A stretch of 63,744 nt of DNA, the filler included, from Octopus bimaculoides (lineage: Eukaryota), in the NCBI RefSeq assembly GCF_001194135.2. It is 8 parts of 8 records of this genome, joined end to end, with 100 filler letters (N's around TTAATTAATTAA, not from the genome) between each part and the next. Parts side by side here need not be neighbours in the genome. Positions count along the whole stretch, not along the records: positions 51,257 to 54,407 come from NC_069008.1; positions 54,508 to 63,744 come from NW_026305350.1; 6 more parts are not named here. One strand, given 5' to 3'. How positions within the stretch are numbered: the stretch's first letter is position 1; every line of letters begins with the position of its first letter. This document shows, piece after piece, positions 54,239 to 63,744 of the stretch. The notes beneath the pieces are model-generated. The model did not search any database. It was not told the DNA's origin and saw only the letters and a program-made list of their open reading frames with translations. A program made the position numbers and the translations under genes.

Positions 54239-54507
54239 CGGGTAACGATTTATCTCTTCTACAGCAAGACCCCCGTCCTTTCTCAAAGGACCTTTATCTT
54301 GCAAGTTGCTTGTTGACCCTGCCACTGCAGCTGCCACGTAAAAGGCATCCAGCCCACACTCTAAAGTGACTGGCATATGGAAGGACATCCAACCGTAGAA
54401 ACTATGCNNNNNNNNNNNNNNNNNNNNNNNNNNNNNNNNNNNNNNNNNNNNTTAATTAATTAANNNNNNNNNNNNNNNNNNNNNNNNNNNNNNNNNNNNN
54501 NNNNNNN

Positions 54508-54625
54508 GAGGAAAGCGTCGAGTTTTGTTTTGAAGACCTCTATATCCATGTCTTGCACGTCTCTCAATTGTTTCGGCAGGGCATTAAAGAGCTGAGGTCC
54601 TCTGAAACCGAGGCTGTTGCAGTAC
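54508..54625 (-). mobile_element. CR1/L2-clade LINE C-terminal fragment
   Basis: SLGFRGPQLFNALPKQLRD...FKTKLDAFL. Confidence 0.8.
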
Positions 54626-54809
54626 CATGTTTGTATGTATGCGTGCATGTGTTTTGTGTATGTATCGATGACTGAACCCGGAACCATGTGGTTGGTAAGC
54701 AAGTTACTTACCACACAGCCACTCCTACGCTCTGTATGTGTGTATTTATATATGTGTATGTACGTATGTAAGCATACATGTATGTGTATGTATGTGTGTA
54801 TTTATATAT

Positions 54810-54846
<37 letters not shown>

Positions 54847-55775
54847 TCATTACCTCTCTCAAATTCCATTTGCAGTAATCTTATCCTAAAACCGTTTAAT
54901 TTTTTTTCCCGGAAATGTTTCGTTCTGGTTTACGGAGAAACAAACCGCAAGTTATCAGAAACGAATAATATTAACATTTCCCACCGGATTCAGCAACACG
55001 GGCAGGGAATGGGAGCGGAGGCGGGGAGTGCGATGGGTTGAGAATTGCAGAAAGCGTACACTACACTTTCCAGACCAGTANNNNNNNNNNNNNNNNNNNN
55101 NNNNNNNNNNNNNNNNNNNNNNNNNNNNNNNNNNNNNNNNNNNNNNNNNNNNNNNNNNNNNNNNNNNNNNNNNNNNNNNNNNNNNNNNNNNNNNNNNNNN
55201 NNNNNNNNNNNNNNNNNNNNNNNNNNNNNNNNNNNNNNNNNNNNNNNNNNNNNNNNNNNNNNNNNNNNNNNNNNNNNNNNNNNNNNNNNNNNNNNNNNNN
55301 NNNNNNNNNNNNNNNNNNNNNNNNNNNNNNNNNNNNNNNNNNNNNNNNNNNNNNNNNNNNNNNNNNNNNNNNNNNNNNNNNNNNNNNNNNNNNNNNNNNN
55401 NNNNNNNNNNNNNNNNNNNNNNNNNNNNNNNNNNNNNNNNNNNNNNNNNNNNNNNNNNNNNNNNNNNNNNNNNNNNNNNNNNNNNNNNNNNNNNNNNNNN
55501 NNNNNNNNNNNNNNNNNNNNNNNNNNNNNNNNNNNNNNNNNNNNNNNNNNNNNNNNNNNNNNNNNNNNNNNNNNNNNNNNNNNNNNNNNNNNNNNNNNNN
55601 NNNNNNNNNNNNNNNNNNNNNNNNNNNNNNNNNNNNNNNNNNNNNNNNNNNNNNNNNNNNNNNNNNNNNNNNNNNNNNNNNNNNNNNNNNNNNNNNNNNN
55701 NNNNNNNNNNNNNNNNNNNNNNNNNNNNNNNNNNNNNNNNNNNNNNNNNNNNNNNNNNNNNNNNNNNNNNNNNNN

Positions 55776-56155
55776 AAAGACAGAAAGAGAAACAGAGAGA
55801 GAGAGAAAGAAAGAGACAGAGAAACAGAGAGAAAGAAAGACAGAAAGAGAAACAGAGAGAGAGAGAAAGAAAGAGACAGAGAAACAGAGAGAAAGAAAGA
55901 CAGAAAGAGAAACAGAGAGAGAGAGAGAAAGAAAGAGACAGAGAAACAAAGAGAAAGAAAGACAGAAAGAGAAACAGAGAGAGAGAAAGAAAGAGACAGA
56001 GAAACAGAGAGAAAGAAAGACAGAAAGAGAAACAGAGAGAGAGAGAGAGANNNNNNNNNNAGAGAAAGAAAGACAGAAAGAGAAACAGAGAGAGAGAGAG
56101 AGAAACAGAGAGAGAGAGAGAGAAACAGAGAGAGAAGGAAATTGAGAGAGACAGA
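55776..56155. repeat. 60-bp purine-rich minisatellite built from GA/GAAA/CAGA units
   Basis: Lines 55801 and 55861 are identical (period 60); bordered by gaps. Confidence 0.92.
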
Positions 56156-56548
56156 CTGAACGGAGGTGACGGAAGTGGTGCTAATCGCGGTGGTGGTGGT
56201 GGTGGTGGTGTCAATGACGGCATGTCTGTTCTATAAATAGGAATTGGTCGCCGTCTCTTATTGCCGTAGGATAAATAGTTTCTCACATGACACATGTGAT
56301 CACCAACACAGGCACAAACATACAAAACGGAGACACATGCCTTATATACATAGACACGTGTGTATGCACACGTACGCACACACACACACACACCCCCACC
56401 CCCACACACATATGCATCTATGTATATACGCATTTATGTATGATGTATGTGGATGCAAGCAAAGTCCCATGTATGTATGTATGTATATAAGTAGAGAGAC
56501 AGATAGACAGATATGAGAGGTAGATAGATAGATACACAGACAGACAGA

Positions 56549-56603
<55 letters not shown>

Positions 56604-56809
56604 GTGTGTCCATCTATTTTTCTTTTCGATCCCTTTTGATCGAACTCCCCCTTTTTCCCTTCCTACGATCCCTTTTGATCGACACCAGCACTTTTTTTTT
56701 TTCTTTCCTTCCTTTCCCCTCCCAAAAAGAAAAGCTCTACATTGTATTTGTCCCATCTTCGTTGAGCCCTGTGTGGCTAATAAAAGAAATGTATCTATCC
56801 ATCCATCTG

Positions 56810-56859
<50 letters not shown>

Positions 56860-56907
56860 CATCCATCCATTCATCTATCTATCTGTCTGTGTATCTACGT
56901 ATTTGTG

Positions 56908-56939
<32 letters not shown>

Positions 56940-57518
56940 TCTCTACCTATCTATCTATCTGTCTGTCTGTCTGTCTGTCTATCTACCTACGTATTTGTGT
57001 GTTTGTGTGTATATGCATACAAGTATATCTTACGAAATACTAGAAATATATTTCTCCACGCAAACACGGCTTTTTTCCGCACCACAAAATTTTATTCAAT
57101 TTCCCGCCACTCGATCTTATAATATAAAAATAGCTTTCTTTTTCTTTAAAAAAAGAAAGGCTTTTCCCGAAAACTGCGGAAATATTTACTTTTCTCCTCT
57201 TACTCATTCATAAAAATAAAAAATAAAAAAAACATGTGGTTGTTAAAACTTTAGGACAACTAAAAAACAAAACAAAAAAAATCTTTGTGAATACTTCTTC
57301 GGTTTTCCGTCGAATGAGTAAGGAAGAAACGAGAGATTTTTTTGTATGACTGTTTTCCGTAGTATGTTGTTTACCTTTCTATACAAATAAACTGACAGAA
57401 TTTTATTTATATTTTATTTATGTCAGGTACTCCAACAGTTTGCAGTTTTATATACTTCCGGTTTTTTTTAATGATTTGTTGCAACATAAACAAACAAACA
57501 AACAAACATGCATACATA

Positions 57519-57549
<31 letters not shown>

Positions 57550-57946
57550 ATGTAAATGTGCAGTGAACATTGCTGTGTAATTCAGAAGATCACCTGGCTT
57601 AAGGTGTCTTTCACATAAGCCAAGAGTCTTCCGCGATAGCCTCGGCCCTACCAAAGCCTTATGAGTGGATTCGGTAGAGGAACCATCGCTTGACAACCGA
57701 TGCTGGTGTGTTTACGTCTCCGTAAATTAGCGGTTCGGCAAAACGAGACCGATAGAATAAGTACTAGGCCTCCAAAGATTAAGTCCTGGGGGTCGATTTG
57801 CTGGACTAAAGGCGGTGATCCAGCATTGAAACAAGTAAAAGAGTAATAGAGAGAGAGAGAGAGAGCCGGTTTCTAGCCTAAATCCAAGGTTCCTTCATTG
57901 GAATTTCCAAGGTTCCTTCATTGGAATTTCAACATCAACAACAGGG

Positions 57947-57982
<36 letters not shown>

Positions 57983-58383
57983 TGTACGTATGTACGTATG
58001 CATGTATGTATATAAGGATAGGGTCCTTTAAAATAGCTTCCATAGCAATGTCGCACAGCTGTTTAATATCTTGGCAAAAAAAAAAAAGAAAAATGATAGA
58101 CTTGCGTGGAGTCGGGGGATGGGGAGTGTTTTCAGGCATAAATTTAATCTTCTTGCGGTCCCAAGATCCCACATAAACCTATTTCACGGTAAGAAACTCA
58201 AATGAGGGCAGCGGTATCAAAACTACCCCCATTCATCAACAGCCAAACGCATGCGATTAGCCATTGAAAACGTGAGCAAAATGACAGTGCTTCAGCATCG
58301 ACTGAAAGAACACATAAACGAAATACACACATATGTATATATATATCTACATATAATATATATGTGTGTGTGTGTGTGTATGT

Positions 58384-58416
<33 letters not shown>

Positions 58417-59023
58417 NNNNNNNNNNNNNNNNNNNNNNNNNNNNNNNNNNNNNNNNNNNNNNNNNNNNNNNNNNNNNNNNNNNNNNNNNNNNNNNNNNNN
58501 NNNNNNNNNNNNNNNNNNNNNNNNNNNNNNNNNNNNNNNNNNNNNNNNNNNNNNNNNNNNNNNNNNNNNNNNNNNNNNNNNNNNNNNNNNNNNNNNNNNN
58601 NNNNNNNNNNNNNNNNNNNNNNNNNNNNNNNNNNNNNNNNNNNNNNNNNNNNNNNNNNNNNNNNNNNNNNNNNNNNNNNNNNNNNNNNNNNNNNNNNNNN
58701 NNNNNNNNNNNNNNNNNNNNNNNNNNNNNNNNNNNNNNNNNNNNNNNNNNNNNNNNNNNNNNNNNNNNNNNNNNNNNNNNNNNNNNNNNNNNNNNNNNNN
58801 NNNNNNNNNNNNNNNNNNNNNNNNNNNNNNNNNNNNNNNNNNNNNNNNNNNNNNNNNNNNNNNNNNNNNNNNNNNNNNNNNNNNNNNNNNNNNNNNNNNN
58901 NNNNNNNNNNNNNNNNNNNNNNNNNNNNNNNNNNNNNNNNNNNNNNNNNNNNNNNNNNNNNNNNNNNNNNNNNNNNNNNNNNNNNNNNNNNNNNNNNNNN
59001 NNNNNNNNNNNNNNATATATATG

Positions 59024-59054
<31 letters not shown>

Positions 59055-59094
59055 GTATATATATGTATATATATATATATAAATATATATACAT

Positions 59095-59137
<43 letters not shown>

Positions 59138-60319
59138 TATAAATATATATATGCATGTATGTATGTATATAGATATGTAAGTATGGATGGATGGATGTAT
59201 ATACACTCACAACTAGGTGCAGTCACAAGCACCCTCCACACACACACACACAAACAAGTGTGTATATGCGTTTTGTGTGTGTTAGTAAGTGTGCACATGT
59301 TCGATGCGTGTGCGCGTGTGCAGGTGTGCTCGTGTGTGTATGTGTGTGTGTGTGTGTATGTGTGTATGTGTGCATGTGTGTCTGTGTCTGCGTCTGTGTG
59401 TGTGTGTATGTGTGTCTGTGTCTGTGTGTGTGTGTGTATGTGTGTGTGCCGGCCGAATGGTAACTTTGAACAATATCACTTACATCAAGCTGTGGTCTTT
59501 ATAACCTGGCATTGTTATACACTGACTGTACTTCTAAATGGTGGCGGTAGCGATGGTGGTGGTGGGTGGTGGTGGTGGTGGTGGTGGGTGGTGNNNNNNN
59601 NNNNNNNNNNNNNNNNNNNNNNNNNNNNNNNNNNNNNNNNNNNNNNNNNNNNNNNNNNNNNNNNNNNNNNNNNNNNNNNNNNNNNNNNNNNNNNNNNNNN
59701 NNNNNNNNNNNNNNNNNNNNNNNNNNNNNNNNNNNNNNNNNNNNNNNNNNNNNNNNNNNNNNNNNNNNNNNNNNNNNNNNNNNNNNNNNNNNNNNNNNNN
59801 NNNNNNNNNNNNNNNNNNNNNNNNNNNNNNNNNNNNNNNNNNNNNNNNNNNNNNNNNNNNNNNNNNNNNNNNNNNNNNNNNNNNNNNNNNNNNNNNNNNN
59901 NNNNNNNNNNNNNNNNNNNNNNNNNNNNNNNNNNNNNNNNNNNNNNNNNNNNNNNNNNNNNNNNNNNNNNNNNNNNNNNNNNNNNNNNNNNNNNNNNNNN
60001 NNNNNNNNNNNNNNNNNNNNNNNNNNNNNNNNNNNNNNNNNNNNNNNNNNNNNNNNNNNNNNNNNNNNNNNNNNNNNNNNNNNNNNNNNNNNNNNNNNNN
60101 NNNNNNNNNNNNNNNNNNNNNNNNNNNNNNNNNNNNNNNNNNNNNNNNNNNNNNNNNNNNNNNNNNNNNNNNNNNNNNNNNNNNNNNNNNNNNNNNNNNN
60201 NNNNNNNNNNNNNNNNNNNNNNNNNNNNNNNNNNNNNNNNNNNNNNNNNNNNNNNNNNNNNNNNNNNNNNNNNNNNNNNNNNNNNNNNNNNNNNNNNNNN
60301 NNNNNNNNNNNNNNNNNNN

Positions 60320-60357
<38 letters not shown>

Positions 60358-60359
60358 AT

Positions 60360-60700
60360 TGTCCTGATACAGGAGGTCTGGTCTTAGTGTCAAAAATCTC
60401 TTCCTGAGACCCCCCACAAACTTAGTCTTTGTTGACCATATGACTAGATGGAACCCAATCGATGTAGGCGATGCCCTTGCTATCAAAAACGGGGGATTCA
60501 CCACGGGCCTCCTGGTGGACTTGCTTTGCCTGGTTTCTTGTGCTAGCAAAAAACAGATGCTCAGCTCATACAAGTTAGTCCATAAGCAGTCCAGGGAACT
60601 TCATAAGTCTCTGTAATGTTCTTGCTTAGTTTAACACAAATTTTTGTATGGTCAGCTTTCAAATAGTCTTCAAGACCCGACTGCATTCTGCAAACTAGTC
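60360..60700 (-). mobile_element. Mariner transposase catalytic-domain remnant
   Basis: FDSKGIAYIDWVPSSHMVNKD...LRKRFLTLRPDLLYQDN across frameshifts. Confidence 0.75.
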
Positions 60701-62489
60701 AGCTATGACAAACGGTATTTAGAAGTGTCCTTTCATCGTACTATCAGCACTGTCTCCTTCAATCTGGAATAACCTAAGTTGGCAGGTCAGCTTATTAAAT
60801 GTATAGTAATGATAGACTAAAATTAGAATAATCTCGGACAGATATAACTGCCTTTCCTAAAATGGTATCAAAGCTCCTAGAATGCATCTCGTATCTACAA
60901 TTCCGAGAGAGAAAAAATAACTGTATTTAATAACATTTTCAGCTGGTATTGTGATGGAATTTGGTCAACGGAAATATTTGTATTTATATTTGAATGTGGA
61001 AAAAACCACACTGTATACGGAAAACATAGCCATTGATAGATTCTGTGTCTGCTTCTGGTGTGCTTCGTAGGACGAAAACCACAGAAATAACTAGGTGTTG
61101 ACGGAAATTTACCATACAAAGGTGCTGTGTATGAAAATAGATTGGCGATGAATATAATACCAAACACTTAGAATATGGTAAACGGAGTTTCCTTTCACAA
61201 CCAGAAAATATTCCATAATGCATTTTCAATCTCGGTAATTGTACCAATATTTGGAATTCTTCAATGATGAAAAAAAAAGTCTTCGAATATTTGGTCTTGG
61301 AGCAGGAAATCCGATGCACGAATATCAAAAAAAAAAAAAAAAAACCGCAAGATCCTGAGATTTTGATATCAACTGGAAATATCAAATTTATATAACGACA
61401 AATTCTCAGATGATAAGAGGGGGAAGTAGCAGTCATTACGACGGCATCTACTAGACAGCATTCCCATTTGCCGAACTTCTAAGTTCCGGCAACGTACACA
61501 GACCNNNNNNNNNNNNNNNNNNNNNNNNNNNNNNNNNNNNNNNNNNNNNNNNNNNNNNNNNNNNNNNNNNNNNNNNNNNNNNNNNNNNNNNNNNNNNNNN
61601 NNNNNNNNNNNNNNNNNNNNNNNNNNNNNNNNNNNNNNNNNNNNNNNNNNNNNNNNNNNNNNNNNNNNNNNNNNNNNNNNNNNNNNNNNNNNNNNNNNNN
61701 NNNNNNNNNNNNNNNNNNNNNNNNNNNNNNNNNNNNNNNNNNNNNNNNNNNNNNNNNNNNNNNNNNNNNNNNNNNNNNNNNNNNNNNNNNNNNNNNNNNN
61801 NNNNNNNNNNNNNNNNNNNNNNNNNNNNNNNNNNNNNNNNNNNNNNNNNNNNNNNNNNNNNNNNNNNNNNNNNNNNNNNNNNNNNNNNNNNNNNNNNNNA
61901 TATATATATATATATAAAAGACAAAGTAGAAAATGCTAAAATACTTTTATAAAGAACATTACAGAACCGGTTTCGATCCTTGAGATCTTTTCAACAGTAA
62001 ATATGAATAGTAAATTTTTGAAAAATTATTGAAAAATTCAATTTCGGTAAATTTAAAAGAAAAGTCTTTTTAAGACATTTGTATAGTATTCAAATAACAA
62101 ATGAAGTGCCTCTCTCTCTAATGTCTAAAAATCACATATTTGTATAAGTATTCAAATAAAAAAAATGTCCCCCCTCTTGTACCATTCTTCCATGATCCAA
62201 AATGGTAAACATAACTACAAAATGATTTATGAACAGAACAAGAAGAGACAATGAAGCAGGAATTGTCTTCCGGAAATTCCGAAACACTTGAAAATTTCCC
62301 AAATTGTATTTTATTCCTCGGTAATTTCCGACTCTTTTCTTTAAAAACTAATTGAAACCAGTGAGTTCCCCATAGCCATTTGATCTTTAAAAAACATGTT
62401 TTATAGAAACTTCTTTCAAAATTCGTATTTCGCTTTCCACACATTAACTTGTTTAAGTTGAACTATGGAAAATGTCAGAGAAAGAAACC

Positions 62490-62995
62490 CAGCTGTTTGT
62501 TGCAATACATAACGAATACATACCGTCACCTACCAAGGGACATGCTCAACTGGTTATGGTCAAACAACTGACAAGCAAATCTGTGGTATTTGAGCAGAAT
62601 ATTTGCTATAGGCCATCTTTCATACCAAGACAAAACAATGTACATGATAACACTTCCAATCAGTTAAGATGAGAAGCCATGAGAGCCATTGCCTGGTACT
62701 GCATCAGGGCATTAGCAAATCTGTGGTATTGAGCAGAATATTTGCTGTAGCCCATCTTTTACACCAAGACAAAACAATGTACATGATAACACTTCNNNNN
62801 NNNNNGATAACACTTCCAATCAGTTAAGATGAGAAGCCATGAGAGCCATTGCCTGGTACTGCATCAGGGCATTAGCAAATCTGTGGTATTGAGCAGAATA
62901 TTTGCTGTAGCCCATCTTTTACACCAAGACAAAACAATGTACATGATAACACTTCCAATCAGTTAAGACCAGAAGCCATGAGAGCCACTGCCTTA
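62490..62995. repeat. Repeat family D with 140-bp tandem units (one unit probably an assembly overlap)
   Basis: agcaaatctgtgg recurs at 62574, 62714 and 62874; the copies either side of the 10-N gap are identical. Confidence 0.8.
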
Positions 62996-63013
62996 ATATT
63001 AATTAAAATATTA

Positions 63014-63070
<57 letters not shown>

Positions 63071-63417
63071 GTCGTCGTCGATGTTACTTCTTTATGCTTA
63101 TTGTCGCTGATATTATATTAATATTTATGCATTGTAATTATCCTCATTAAAATCCCTGCCAAATCCTCTTCCTCATCCTCCACCTCCTCCCCTACCTCAT
63201 CCTCATCAGTATCTTCCTAACTGATCTAACGTCCTTCCATGGCATCCAACACTGGCACCACATATGCTAACGTTTAATGTCTCTTCATATGCAAAAAGAG
63301 GGGCCTTCCTCTTATTCACGTTTTGTCTTCATCTTGGCTTTCAAAGCGTGTCTTTAGCAACCAAACATGTACACAATTGTATACATACATACATACATAC
63401 GTACATACATACATACA

Positions 63418-63453
<36 letters not shown>

Positions 63454-63744
63454 CATATAAGTATGTATCTACGTGTGTATGCATCTATATGCATGCATAA
63501 TTGTATATACTCACATCGAATTATGAATAATGAGAACAGTTGTGAACAATAAATTAATTTGTAATTATATATACAAGAGTATGTATATATGCGTGTGTAT
63601 GTGTATATATCTATATATCTATATATATAAACACACATGTTATATAGGCAACATAACTACATTTAAATTGTTTCATCTGTATACAGTTATATAAGTAAAT
63701 ACATACATATATATAGATATATATATACATACATATATACACAT

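Noticed and set aside
12006-54463. Seven identical TTAATTAATTAA palindromes
   Set aside because: Always embedded in N-runs and contain stops in all six frames; assembly linker, not biology.
54955-60573. Very long ORFs (200-667 aa) in the track
   Set aside because: Made of N-gaps and (TA)n/(CA)n/(GA)n repeats.
62640-62960. Third 140-bp tandem unit
   Set aside because: Identical sequence either side of a 10-N gap; probably an unmerged contig overlap.
62490-62995. Regularly spaced repeats as a CRISPR array
   Set aside because: Contiguous units without unique spacers, a eukaryotic context and no cas genes.

Overview
This is AT-rich, repeat-dense eukaryotic DNA with many assembly gaps. The SINE, RTE and MITE families look like those of Octopus (inference from recall, not a database search). 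Nearly all ORFs in the supplied track are microsatellite or gap artefacts, or decayed transposons. Reading splice sites by hand gives one well-supported host gene: a minus-strand, spliced 68-aa LYR-motif microprotein resembling AltMIEF1/L0R8F8 (CDS 42502-42335 + 38008-37970; probable first exon near 47.3 kb). It also gives a minus-strand exon pair of an unidentified protein (49384-49227 + 48977-48775) and two plus-strand candidate first exons with TATA/Inr (53981-54038, signal-peptide-like; 8589-8619, weaker). Mobile DNA includes tRNA-headed SINEs, RTE, R4/Dong-like and CR1/L2 LINE remnants, Penelope GIY-YIG, mariner/Tc1 remnants and TTAA MITEs. A tRNA-headed element carries a minimal hammerhead ribozyme motif. 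Repeat copies record strong CpG decay in two domains (about 12-19.7 kb and 34.5-47.2 kb). Repeat boundaries are approximate (tens of bp); splice and CDS coordinates were counted by hand.
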